DNA of 64,000 bases from contig JAVRCJ020000011.1 of NCBI GenBank assembly GCA_034530875.2, forward strand, positions 64,001-128,000, read 5' to 3'. Position 1 is the first letter of the stretch. Each line of letters starts with the position of its first letter. The stretch comes from Nostoc sp. DedSLP01. Its GTDB lineage: Bacteria > Cyanobacteriota > Cyanobacteriia > Cyanobacteriales > Nostocaceae. Below, in pieces: positions 1 through 9,687 of this stretch. The translations under genes and the position numbers were made by a program. A model generated the notes under the pieces. It was not told where the DNA came from and made no database searches. It was given only the letters and a program-made list of their open reading frames with translations.

Positions 1-1587
1 GCACGCTACTTTTTAGAAGATTACGAACAAGCGATCGCCGACCATAACCAAGCATTAGCAATCGACTCCAATCTCGCCCAATCTTACCACAGCCGCGGCA
101 ATGCCTATTTTGCTTTAGGAGACTACGACAAAGCGATCGCCGATTATATTCAAACCATCGAAATCAGCGCCCAATTAGCTGATAACATCAATATTGATAT
201 CGCCAATGCCTATCATAATCGCGGTGTCGCTCGTTTCGATCGCGGCGATTCTCAAGGAGCGATCGCAGATTTTCAGGAAGCTTTACAGTGGTATCCTCGT
301 TTTGCCGCAGCTTATAGCAATCGCGGTAACATTCACCAACTCTTAGGAAATTATCACGAAGCGATCGCCGATCACGACCGGGCATTAGAATTAGATCCTA
401 ACTTGGCAGAGGCTTATCATAACCGGGGTAATGCCTACTACGCTCTGGCAGACTATGAAAGTGCGATCGCAGATTATAACCACGCTTTAAAAATTAACCC
501 CAACTTTGCCAGCGCTTATTACAATCGGGGTTTGGTTCTGTCTCACCTCAAAAATTATCCCGCCGCAATTGAGGATTTTAACCAAGCACTCAAACTCAAC
601 CCTGATGATGTGCAAGCTTATTGCGAACGCGGCCTTGTACGTAGCGCTCTTGAAGATTATAAAGGTGCAATTGAAGATTACGACCGAGCCTTGCAAGAAA
701 ATCCGACTCTAGCTTTAGTATACGGCTTTCGGGCTAATGCTTTGCGGCGACTGGGAGATTATCAAAGTGCAATTGAAGATGGCAATCGCTTATTACAACT
801 CAATCCTAATTTAGCTGAAGGATATTGCGATCGCGCTGCGGCTCGTCGTTCCATTGGAGATAATAAAGGAGCGATTAAAGATTATGACCGGGCATTGCAA
901 ATTAATCCTAACTTAGCCTCAGCTTATTATGGTCGCGGTATTGCCCGCGAAGCTTTGCAAGATTTCCCAGGAGCAATTGAGGATCACACAATAGCTATAA
1001 AGTTGATGCCTGACTTTTCCCAAGCTTACTGCAATCGAGGCAATGCTCGTCGTCTGTTAGGAGATGAGGGCAAAGCCATTGCAGACTATAACAAAGCATT
1101 AGAAATCAATCCCGATTTAATCGAAGCCTATTATAATCGCGCTTCTACTCACTATGCCTTAGAAGAATATGAAAGTGCGATCGCAGATTACACCCAAGCT
1201 TTGCAAATCAATCCTCAATCGGCTGCATTTTACAGCGATCGGGCTAATGCTCGCTACGCCATAGAAGACTATCGTGGTGCGATAAAAGATTACACTCAGG
1301 CAATTGCCATCGACTCTAGCTTTGCTGAAGACTGGTACAATCGCGGGCGTAGCTATTCTTTATTACAAGATTTCAACTTAGCCTTAGCAGACTTAAATGA
1401 AGCCCTAAAGCGTCAACCTCATTGGGCTTCAGCTTACATTCTGCGAGCAGATGTGTATCGAAATTTGGGCGATTATAAAAAAGCGATCGCTGATTTTAAA
1501 AAATCCGCAGACTTATATTATCAAGAAGGAAATATCGAGTATTATCAACAAATTGTTCAGCTCGTTGAAGAACTTCAACAACAATAG
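1..1587 (+). CDS. TPR-repeat protein (5' end outside window)
   Basis: Frame 1 is open from base 1 (ARYFLEDYEQAIADHNQALAID...) and is in frame with the 403 ORF; many 34-aa AYxNRGxA...AIxDYxxAL TPR units. Confidence 0.95.
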   Translation, partial: ARYFLEDYEQAIADHNQALAIDSNLAQSYHSRGNAYFALGDYDKAIADYIQTIEISAQLADNINIDIANAYHNRGVARFDRGDSQGAIADFQEALQWYPRFAAAYSNRGNIHQLLGNYHEAIADHDRALELDPNLAEAYHNRGNAYYALADYESAIADYNHALKINPNFASAYYNRGLVLSHLKNYPAAIEDFNQALKLNPDDVQAYCERGLVRSALEDYKGAIEDYDRALQENPTLALVYGFRANALRRLGDYQSAIEDGNRLLQLNPNLAEGYCDRAAARRSIGDNKGAIKDYDRALQINPNLASAYYGRGIAREALQDFPGAIEDHTIAIKLMPDFSQAYCNRGNARRLLGDEGKAIADYNKALEINPDLIEAYYNRASTHYALEEYESAIADYTQALQINPQSAAFYSDRANARYAIEDYRGAIKDYTQAIAIDSSFAEDWYNRGRSYSLLQDFNLALADLNEALKRQPHWASAYILRADVYRNLGDYKKAIADFKKSADLYYQEGNIEYYQQIVQLVEELQQQ

Positions 1588-1612
1588 TGATTTGGGGTTA
1601 ATTGTATTTTAC

Positions 1613-1719
1613 GGCGTTGCTGAATTGCAGGATGAATACATGAGACGTTGCAATGCAACGTCTCTACAAGGATTTGGATATCATACACAATCGTTTTTAT
1701 ACATCAAATCAGCAACGCC
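1613..1719. mobile_element. Small TIR element (GGCGTTGCTGA...TCAGCAACGCC) with internal REP-like hairpin
   Basis: 11-bp terminal inverted repeat; internal GAGACGTTGCAATGCAACGTCTC palindrome; related copy at 34136-34247. Confidence 0.7.
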
Positions 1720-1748
1720 TTAAATTTTTATTACCGATTTACTGATTT

Positions 1749-1858
1749 ATATCAAGTTCGGATGATTAGTTATGATTGCAGTCCTCGCATTACCCCTCCC
1801 CAACCCTCCCCTTGCTAAGGTGTTTCAGGATTTACAAGTAATTAAGCGAACTTGATAT
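1749..1858. mobile_element. Small TIR element (ATATCAAGTTCG...CGAACTTGATAT)
   Basis: Perfect 12-bp TIR; a clearly homologous longer copy at 50003-50140. Confidence 0.8.
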
Positions 1859-1860
1859 TA

Positions 1861-1955
1861 TAGTGCTTTTCATCTATTTGAAGCACAATTTTCGATGGGG
1901 GCTTTACAGCTGTAAAGCCCCTACAACGCGGTCTATTTATCTGAAAATTGCTGTA
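1861..1955. repeat. Small dispersed element with GGGGCTTTACAGCTGTAAAGCCCC hairpin
   Basis: Imperfect TIR (TAGTGCTTTTCA / TGAAAATTGCTGTA) and a perfect internal palindrome. Confidence 0.55.
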
Positions 1956-1961
1956 AAATTT

Positions 1962-2063
1962 ATACCGTTTAAAAAAATCTTTGCAATACATCAATAATCT
2001 CTAGGGGCACAAAGTTTTGCGCCCCTACGATAGGTCTGTCACATTCTTTTTGCAAATTGGTAT
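1962..2063. mobile_element. 102-bp ATACC...GGTAT element with REP-like core
   Basis: Homologous 102-bp copy at 59634-59735 with the same flanks but a different central hairpin. Confidence 0.7.
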
Positions 2064-2425
2064 TACTTTATCAATAGTCTATTCAATTAGTTATGTGAAG
2101 TTGCTAGTCATTCCAAGTATTAAATTTAACTAAATATAATTATTTTGATTTTTCAATTCTGGCTGCTGAATTCTTACAAAATTATCAGGATATCGGTTAC
2201 TTTCCAGTGAAGAATTAAAAATCGTAAGTGTCACTGATGAGTATTAGCGGCAGACAGTATGTATGTCATTTACTACTTAATAAACAGTTATATTAGCGAT
2301 TTTTTCGATTGCGTTAGCATATTTAAATATCAATTGTATATCAAACAAGACTTTAGACAAGTAAATTGCTAAAACAACTACGAGTATTTTGTATTTTAAC
2401 AGGATTTATTAATGCTTTTCATACT

Positions 2426-3133
2426 ATGAGAAATATCTTACAAAGAAACAATAGCCAGTTATCAAAAATCTTCCTCAAGATATATGATTTGTCAGAACAA
2501 GTTAAACAAATCCATTATTTTTTGCCAAAACAGCGTTTACAAATAGCAATTGAACAGTTAGGTAATAACACAATAGAAGGCACTATAGCTATAATTAACG
2601 AATTAGAGGAAATTGCCCATAATCATCCAGAGTACCACTGGGCGATCGCGAACATTCTGACTGATTTTATCCGCAGAAATGCTTCATACATACCCCAAGA
2701 AGTAATTAGCAACCCCTCAATCAAAGTTCGTGGAGACATCCAAGCAGCTCTCAACGTTATTGCTAGAAGAGATGTCAGCAAAGATCCAGAACACGAGCAG
2801 CTTGATTTGAGCCACACAAATATTAGTGGAGCCAACCTGAATAAAGCAAATCTACAACAGGCAAATCTTTATCAAGCTAATCTGACTGGAGCTAACCTCC
2901 AAGAAGCCAATTTAGAGGGAGCAATCCTCAGTGCAGCTAATTTAGAAGGAGCTAATTTATATTCGGCTAACCTGAAAGGTGCAATTCTTAGTGCCAGCAA
3001 CCTCCAAGGAGCAAATCTCCAAGGAGCGAACCTGCATCGAGCTAGCTTATATCTAGCTAACTTACAGGGAGTAATTCTCAATAATGCCATACTTGACGGC
3101 GCAAATTTTAGGGAAGCTAAGTTTTCTGAGTAA
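2426..3133 (+). CDS. Pentapeptide-repeat protein
   Basis: C-terminal A(N/D)LxxA repeats; N-terminal domain (AIEQLG...HWAIANILTDFIR...DIQAALNVIARR) shared with the next gene. ATG 2426 preferred over TTG 2366. Confidence 0.9.
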   Translation: MRNILQRNNSQLSKIFLKIYDLSEQVKQIHYFLPKQRLQIAIEQLGNNTIEGTIAIINELEEIAHNHPEYHWAIANILTDFIRRNASYIPQEVISNPSIKVRGDIQAALNVIARRDVSKDPEHEQLDLSHTNISGANLNKANLQQANLYQANLTGANLQEANLEGAILSAANLEGANLYSANLKGAILSASNLQGANLQGANLHRASLYLANLQGVILNNAILDGANFREAKFSE

Positions 3134-3336
3134 TTAGTAATTTATAATTCCTAATACTGGAAGCGGTTTGCTGATTTAGGGTGCATAGTTTATTGATGTC
3201 ACAATGTACTAGTATATCCAATGTCATTCTTTACCTAAATGATTCTAGCGACCATATTATGATTTTTTGCTAAATGCTATACTATTTTGTCCAAATAACT
3301 AAGTAATAATTCTCGGTTGTAAGGAAAATTTTTACC

Positions 3337-4812
3337 ATGTCTTCAAAAAAGACAGATGCTTTGTTGAATTGGTTGATAACTATAACAGTTATATTTGCTG
3401 GTTCTTTGATTGTAATTTTCATCGGATTGTCGAGTATTAAAGAATTGTCAGTTCAAGAGAAAATTCAGTATAGAAACCAAGCATTAACAACCACTGCAAT
3501 AGTTTTTCTGGCATCGGCAGCAATTTTTAATGCTTATTATGCAGCAAAGCGCGCCCAAGCTTTGCACAAAAATGCGATCGCAGCTGAGAAAAACTTAGAA
3601 ATAGACATGCAGAATACAAAACTCAATCAAGACAGATTGATTGCAGAACGCTTTATGGGAGCGATTGCTCAGTTGGGACATGAAAAAATTGAAACTCGCA
3701 CTGGTGCAATTTATGCATTAGAAAGAGTCGCTCAAGATTTCCCAAAAGAACACTGGACAATCATGGAAATCCTCACTGCTTTTGTGCGAGAAAATACACC
3801 AATCCAGCAAGTAAGAGGAGAGCAAAAAAATCTCGAATACTCACCAGCAATTTATTCAAGTAGGCGCAAAGGAGGGTCGCGTTCCCCACAACAGCCGCAT
3901 CCAACTTTTCATGAAGAAACAATAAAAATCCGTACTGACATTCAAGCAGCTTTAACTGTTATTGCTAGACGTAATTCACTCGAAGATCCCAAAAATCAAA
4001 AACTGGATTTACGTAATACTGACATCAGACGAGCAGACCTAGTAGGAGCTAACCTGCAACAAGCTGACTTCCGCGGAGCTGATTTGAGTGGCGCTGATTT
4101 GCGAGGAGCAGATTTATCCGAGGCTGATTTAAGTGGTGCTAGGCTGCTGCGATCTATTCTCTATGAAACCAAATTGCTCAAAGCTAGCTTGTGCGGAACC
4201 GATTTCGGTTGGGCTAACCTCAACCGCGCCAATCTCTCTGGTGCAAATCTGCGTTCAGCTAATCTCTCTGGCGCAAGTCTGCGTGCAGCAAATCTGCAAG
4301 GAACAAACCTTTATAAAGCTAACTTGCAACAAGCAACCTTAAAAATTGCCAACCTCTCAGGAGCGAAGTTGTTTTTAGCTAACTTGCAAGGAGCGAAACT
4401 CGGTAAAGCTAACCTGCATCTGACTGGTTTAATTGGTGCTAATCTTTCTGGGGCTAACTTGAATGGTGCTAACCTTTCTGGGGCTAATTTAAATGCAGCC
4501 AAACTCCAGCAAACAGAAGTTTATTTTGCCAATCTTTCAGAAGCCAGCTTAACTGAAGCAGACTTGTATCAAGCAAATCTCATCGGAGCCAACCTCCAAA
4601 GAGCTACCTTTTATCAAGCTAACTTAACTCAGGCTAATCTTATGGGAGCTAACTTTTCCCAAGCTAACCTGAGTGATGTGAAACTGGAAGGAACAATTTT
4701 GACAGGAGCGAAAAATTTAGAGTTGCAGCAGATTAAAAAAGCAGTTGGCGATCGCACTACTCGCCTACCCGATTATATGGAAGCACCGACCCATTGGCGA
4801 CAATCCGGCTAA
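3337..4812 (+). CDS. Membrane-anchored pentapeptide-repeat protein
   Basis: Two N-terminal hydrophobic segments, AIAQLG...GAIYALER...HWTIMEILTAFVR domain, long ANLxG repeat tract. Confidence 0.95.
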   Translation: MSSKKTDALLNWLITITVIFAGSLIVIFIGLSSIKELSVQEKIQYRNQALTTTAIVFLASAAIFNAYYAAKRAQALHKNAIAAEKNLEIDMQNTKLNQDRLIAERFMGAIAQLGHEKIETRTGAIYALERVAQDFPKEHWTIMEILTAFVRENTPIQQVRGEQKNLEYSPAIYSSRRKGGSRSPQQPHPTFHEETIKIRTDIQAALTVIARRNSLEDPKNQKLDLRNTDIRRADLVGANLQQADFRGADLSGADLRGADLSEADLSGARLLRSILYETKLLKASLCGTDFGWANLNRANLSGANLRSANLSGASLRAANLQGTNLYKANLQQATLKIANLSGAKLFLANLQGAKLGKANLHLTGLIGANLSGANLNGANLSGANLNAAKLQQTEVYFANLSEASLTEADLYQANLIGANLQRATFYQANLTQANLMGANFSQANLSDVKLEGTILTGAKNLELQQIKKAVGDRTTRLPDYMEAPTHWRQSG

Positions 4813-5042
4813 TACAATGCCTGGATTTTAAATTGGGAATCCCTTGTGCATCTTTTTTTGAGTCTATCTGTTGCGATCGTTTATCAAATTGGGATTACCT
4901 CAGCATCAATTAGTTATCAAGGCGCATTCTACCCATTCGCAATACTTTAAAATAAATAACTTTTTTCAACCAGTTAAAATATTAAAAATCTTCTGCATAT
5001 TTATTCCTCACAGGCTATTTATAAAGTAAAAAGAAAATTATT

Positions 5043-5199
5043 GTAGTGGACTGTTTCAGCTAAAATAGTGCATAAAATTTAGTATTAGTGTAGGTTGGGT
5101 TGAACGGAGTGAAACCCAACGTGGATCTTGGTGTTGGGTTTCGTTCCTCAACCCAACCTACAAATTTATTCCAACATTTTAGGTGTGTCAGTCCACTAC
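5043..5199. mobile_element. TIR element enclosing an inverted GTAG-type REP doublet
   Basis: TIR GTAGTGGACTG/CAGTCCACTAC; inside, GTAGGTTGGGTTGA...GAAACCCAAC and its inverse GTTGGGTTTC...TCAACCCAACCTAC (5089-5161). Confidence 0.75.
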
Positions 5200-5235
5200 T
5201 TAACATTTACTTTATAAATGGTCTCTAAAGACGAA

Positions 5236-5646
5236 CTAATCAAGTTTAGAAAAAATGCGATCGCATACTCTCACTTTTGCTGGTAAATATCTGGGTAATG
5301 GATAAGTAATGAATACAGGGCTAATATGATGTTCCAGTTTGAGTTTTAGGTCATCCGTAATGGGTAATTCTTTAATTTCTTTAAGAAGAAAGCTCTCAGA
5401 TTCGGTTTTGCTACGCTCTGTATAGATAAGCTTGAGAACAGTTTCAATCCCAAATGCTGCTATGTATTCGCCTAGAATACCTACCAAGCCAAGCATTCCT
5501 AAACCTCCTAACAAGCCCAACGGCCCCCCCAACGATGAGAGAAAAGCAACAACGGCGGCGACATTACCCGCTGATGCAGAAGTTGCAATTACAAAAAGTA
5601 TGCCAGGAAGGCCTAAACCAGCAATTTTTTTGACGAGTTCATCCAT
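5236..5646 (-). CDS. Small hypothetical membrane protein with Gly-rich hydrophobic segments
   Basis: 136-aa ATG ORF co-oriented downstream of relA; GxxG-rich hydrophobic N-half, charged C-half. Confidence 0.75.
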   Translation of the reverse strand: MDELVKKIAGLGLPGILFVIATSASAGNVAAVVAFLSSLGGPLGLLGGLGMLGLVGILGEYIAAFGIETVLKLIYTERSKTESESFLLKEIKELPITDDLKLKLEHHISPVFITYPLPRYLPAKVRVCDRIFSKLD

Positions 5647-5762
5647 TGTACTTACTTACAATCCTGCGTGCGAAGAATGGCAATACTTGGATATCTGATA
5701 CTTTGACTGTACTTTTAAATGGTGCGTTACATTGAGTGAACGCACCCTAAGTATTCGGGCAC

Positions 5763-8030
5763 TTACTCGTCAATTTGACCAACGCGACGGATATTCAAAA
5801 TATCGCTCATTTTCTTAATTTGGATAAATACTTGCTCTAGTTGAGAGCGATCGCGTATATCTATTCCCAAATCCATTAATGCAGGTTGGCCGGTAGCAGT
5901 TTTGACTTGGGCATGGCGGACATTGATCCCCTGGTCGCTCAATCTCGATAAAATATCTTTTAATACTCCTACGCGATCGAGTGCTTCAATTTGAATCTCT
6001 ACGGGGTACGTCTGCGGACAACTATTTTCGCTTCCTGGGTTCCACTTAACTGGTACTAAGCGCTCATACTCGACATTTTCCAGATTATGGCAGCCTTGGC
6101 GATGAATTGAAATCCCCCTACCTCGCGTCACTACGCCAATAATTGCTTCGCCAGGAATCGGGGTACAACACCCAGCTAAATGATAAACCAAACCTTCTAC
6201 CCCAATAATCGGCGAATCTGTGGAGCGACAATTTGGAGGCGCATCTCGCAACGCTTTTGCTGTAGATGTTGATTCTTTGGGAAGAAATGGCAGTACAGTT
6301 GTCACTGGTTGTTGTGCCTTCACCACTTCTCGCCAACGATTCAGAACTAAATTCAACGTCACTTCACCGTAACCCAAACCAGCGAGTAAATCTTCGACGC
6401 TGTGATAGTTACACTTTTCGGTGACAATCTGCATCGCTTCTGACTTTAGCAAGCTATCAAAACCAGTTTTACCAAGTTCTTTTTCTAACAATTCTCGTCC
6501 GCGGGCGACATTTTCTTCCCGCCGCGATCGCTTGTACCATTGTTTAATTCGATATTTCGCTGCCGAAGTCCTGACAAAATTCAACCAATCTAAACTTGGG
6601 TGGCAGTGCTTTTGGGTGAGAATCTCCACAATATCGCCATTATGCAGCCGCGTTGACAGAGGCATCATGCGCCCATTCACTCGCGCCCCCGAACAGTGGT
6701 TACCTACTTCTGTGTGGATGCGATAAGCAAAGTCTATAGTAGTAGAGCCAGGACTTAACGGTACAACATCCCCCTTGGGGGTGAAGACATAAACATCATC
6801 TTCAAATAGATTATCTTTGACGCTATCAAGATATTCTTGGGCATCCTTAAGATCTGACTGCCATTCCAGCAGTTGCCGCAGCCAAGTAAACTTTTCATCC
6901 GTCGCTGTCAAATGGCTATTGCTAGAGCCTCCTGTTTCTTTATACTTCCAATGAGCAGCAATCCCATACTCAGCGACATGGTGCATTTGTATCGTCCGAA
7001 TTTGCACTTCCAAAGGACGACCAGTCAAACCAATGACTCCTGTATGCAAAGACTGATAACGGTTAGGTTTTGGCAGTCCAATATAATCTTTAAATCTGCC
7101 AGGAATTGGGCGAAAAGCATCATGAACCACTGCCAAGGCCCGATAACACTCTTCATTAGTTTGAACAATAATTCGCAGGGCTGCCAAATCGTAAATTTCG
7201 TGAAATTCCTTTTGCTGCCGCTGCATTTTTTGGTAAATACTATAAAGATGCTTGGGACGACCGCTGATCTCTTGGCAGTGAATTCCAGCTTGCTGCAAAC
7301 GATCCCGCAAAATTTCTGTAGCTTTGGCCAATTTCTCTTCTCGCGCCGTCCGTTTTTCGGAAACATGCTGCTGCATTTCCCGAAAAGCGTCCGGTTCCAA
7401 ATATTTAAAAGCTAAATCCTCTAATTCCCACTTAATTCGCCAGATCCCCAGACGATTGGCCAAAGGTGCAAATATATCTCGCGTTTCCTGGGCGCTGCGG
7501 CGGCGGCTGGCTTCGGACATGTATTGTAGAGTCTGCATATTATGCAAACGGTCTGCCAACTTCACCACAATCACTCGAATATCTTGCGCCATTGCCAAAA
7601 ACATCCTGCGGAAATTTTCCGCTTGGCTTTCGGTTTTGCTGGTGAAATTAATTTTAGAAAGCTTGGTGACACCTTCCACCAATAGGCGCACTTCCGGGCC
7701 AAAGCGTTCTTCGATTTCTTCAATTGTGACTTCTGTATCCTCAACTACATCATGAAGAAATCCAGCTGCTATCATAGCAGGACTACCTCCCAAGTCCCGC
7801 AGCAATCCGGCTACAGCAATGGGATGGGCAATGTATGGCTCTCCTGATTTGCGATATTGGCCGTGATGTAGTTGGTAAGCAAATTCAAACGCTCGACCAA
7901 TTAAAACTGCATCATTATGCTTTCGGTCATCTTCCGCTTGGCTGCTAGTTGTCGATGACTCCTTCAAACATTTCTTTAACCATTCCGGGATGGCAAGATC
8001 AACTGATGAATTAATAGCTATGCTGCTCAT
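5763..8030 (-). CDS. relA: Bifunctional (p)ppGpp synthetase/hydrolase
   Basis: HD motif (LHDVVEDT), KLADRLHNM, GRPKH, YQSLHT, EVQIRT, TGS (VYVFTPKG, DFAYRIHT) and ACT domains. Confidence 0.98.
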   Translation of the reverse strand: MSSIAINSSVDLAIPEWLKKCLKESSTTSSQAEDDRKHNDAVLIGRAFEFAYQLHHGQYRKSGEPYIAHPIAVAGLLRDLGGSPAMIAAGFLHDVVEDTEVTIEEIEERFGPEVRLLVEGVTKLSKINFTSKTESQAENFRRMFLAMAQDIRVIVVKLADRLHNMQTLQYMSEASRRRSAQETRDIFAPLANRLGIWRIKWELEDLAFKYLEPDAFREMQQHVSEKRTAREEKLAKATEILRDRLQQAGIHCQEISGRPKHLYSIYQKMQRQQKEFHEIYDLAALRIIVQTNEECYRALAVVHDAFRPIPGRFKDYIGLPKPNRYQSLHTGVIGLTGRPLEVQIRTIQMHHVAEYGIAAHWKYKETGGSSNSHLTATDEKFTWLRQLLEWQSDLKDAQEYLDSVKDNLFEDDVYVFTPKGDVVPLSPGSTTIDFAYRIHTEVGNHCSGARVNGRMMPLSTRLHNGDIVEILTQKHCHPSLDWLNFVRTSAAKYRIKQWYKRSRREENVARGRELLEKELGKTGFDSLLKSEAMQIVTEKCNYHSVEDLLAGLGYGEVTLNLVLNRWREVVKAQQPVTTVLPFLPKESTSTAKALRDAPPNCRSTDSPIIGVEGLVYHLAGCCTPIPGEAIIGVVTRGRGISIHRQGCHNLENVEYERLVPVKWNPGSENSCPQTYPVEIQIEALDRVGVLKDILSRLSDQGINVRHAQVKTATGQPALMDLGIDIRDRSQLEQVFIQIKKMSDILNIRRVGQIDE

Positions 8031-8354
8031 ACAATTGGCTCTTAAGGGGATCGGTAGATAAGTGTGAAATAGACTAAACAGGCAGCATCACCCTGCGAAG
8101 ATGCTGTTGCCACTAGATAGGTGGAGATAAATGTGTCAGGATGATTTTCCAATTGACAATAGCGTAGCGTTAGCGACGCAGGAGCGTCTGGTAGTCATCC
8201 AGTGTGAGTTTCAAGAATCATAAACTTGAAAATCGGTTGAGTGCAAACAAAGCCTCAAATACCGATTTGAGGCTTTTAGTGCTGATAAGTGGTTAAGAAA
8301 GTTTATTGTAGAAGAAAAATTACTTGCCATTAATACTATCTTAACTAGCAGTCG

Positions 8355-8708
8355 ATGTCTTTAAACTCTGAAAAATATCAGGCACTCGTAACTTTACTAG
8401 AGCAATTACGTGCCGATGTCATAACTACCCAAATAGGTGCACCCGAACTGCGGCGGCGTGTAGCCTCGTTGCTGCAACTGTTTGGGAAGGAAATTGTGCC
8501 TTTGGCTGATGAACACTGGCGAGTCCAGTCTTATCAAACTGAGATGAGCAAGCAACTGCGCTTGTTGGAAATAGATGTCATGTTTTTCCAAGGAGCGCGG
8601 CAGGTATCTACGGTACAAACGAGACTGCAAACGATTGGCGATCGCTTGACAACTCTCATCCAATACTGTAACGCGATTTTGCAACCAGAAGCGGAGGGAG
8701 AAAAATAA
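8355..8708 (+). CDS. patD: Heterocyst frequency control protein PatD
   Basis: Recognised QSYxTEMSKQLRLLEIDVMFxQGARQ signature; divergent from rel, as recalled for Anabaena/Nostoc. Confidence 0.8.
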   Translation: MSLNSEKYQALVTLLEQLRADVITTQIGAPELRRRVASLLQLFGKEIVPLADEHWRVQSYQTEMSKQLRLLEIDVMFFQGARQVSTVQTRLQTIGDRLTTLIQYCNAILQPEAEGEK

Positions 8709-8785
8709 CAATTGTTCACCTTTTTCTCTAATTAATACATCATCTCATTTACAACGCTTTGTGAAAAGCTATTTTGGCAACAAGT

Positions 8786-8845
8786 TAGTTATTAGTCATT
8801 AGTCATTGGGCATTGTGCATTGGTCATTGGTCATTGGTCATTAGT
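8786..8845. repeat. STRR heptamer array (TTAGTCA/TTGGTCA)
   Basis: Tandem 7-mers seen directly. Confidence 0.9.
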
Positions 8846-8882
8846 TATTAATTATTCTCCTCTGCTTCCCCTGCCCCCTGCC

Positions 8883-9467
8883 CTATGCCCCATTCCCCAT
8901 TCCCTTCATGAGAAGATTCATCGTGCGGCGCATGTATGCTTCTACCGGCTCGCTTGTGGGTTTGAAAATTAGCGCATAATACAGGGATCCACTCACAAGG
9001 TCGATAATTAGGTCGATATCAGCGTCGTTGTGAATTTCTGCTCTACATTTGGCACGTTCAAGGATTTGAGCAAAGGCTTCACGGCGGAGTTTTGTATATT
9101 TTGTCCAGTAAACTTTGGCAAACTGAGGATTGCTAGATGCTGTGCTGATAATCAACGCTAGTGTCTGACGTCCCAAGGGACTATCTATTTTTTTAGCTGC
9201 ATTCTTGATGACGATATCCATGTCTCCCCAAAAGCTGCCTGTATCGGGGATCGCTAAATCGTCTCTCAGACTTTCGATCGCATCTGCAACTAATTCTTCT
9301 TTGGAAGTGTAACGCCGATAGATGGTGGTTTTACCAACTCCAGCACGAGCAGCGATCGCTTCTATACTCATGCTTTCATATCCCACCTCTGCAAGCAAGT
9401 CGAGGGTAGCTTGCAAAATAGCTCGATCGGCGTGAATGCTGCGCGGACGTCCAGAAGAAGTTGACAT
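8883..9467 (-). CDS. TetR/AcrR family regulator
   Basis: GRPRS...SIEAIAARAGVGKTTIYRRY helix-turn-helix. Confidence 0.95.
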   Translation of the reverse strand: MSTSSGRPRSIHADRAILQATLDLLAEVGYESMSIEAIAARAGVGKTTIYRRYTSKEELVADAIESLRDDLAIPDTGSFWGDMDIVIKNAAKKIDSPLGRQTLALIISTASSNPQFAKVYWTKYTKLRREAFAQILERAKCRAEIHNDADIDLIIDLVSGSLYYALIFKPTSEPVEAYMRRTMNLLMKGMGNGA

Positions 9468-9515
9468 GGGGATCGGGAATAGGAACTAAGATGACTGGTG
9501 CTTTCCTTGACCTTT

Positions 9516-9545
9516 TCTATACGATACGTTAGCGTATCGTATAGA
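9516..9545. promoter_or_regulatory. Probable TetR operator
   Basis: Perfect palindrome TCTATACGATACG-ttag-CGTATCGTATAGA between the divergent tetR and MFS genes. Confidence 0.75.
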
Positions 9546-9687
9546 TGTTGTGTCTAATTTGAGCTTTAGCAATAGCTAAGAAAGAAAGCTATATAACATT
9601 TGACGAATCTTAATTACGTAGCTTGCTTCTCGCGCCTTGGCGAGTATTACGAATTAGTATGACATCTTCCAAAGACTACTCGTACCG

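Noticed and set aside
1..4812. TPR or pentapeptide repeats as diversity-generating retroelement targets
   Set aside because: No reverse transcriptase and no template/variable repeat pair seen.
6118..7755. Antisense and alternate-frame ORFs within relA (and similar ones in other large genes)
   Set aside because: Shadow frames with no recognisable motifs.
8308..8323. NtcA box upstream of patD
   Set aside because: GTA and TAC are 10 nt apart rather than 8.
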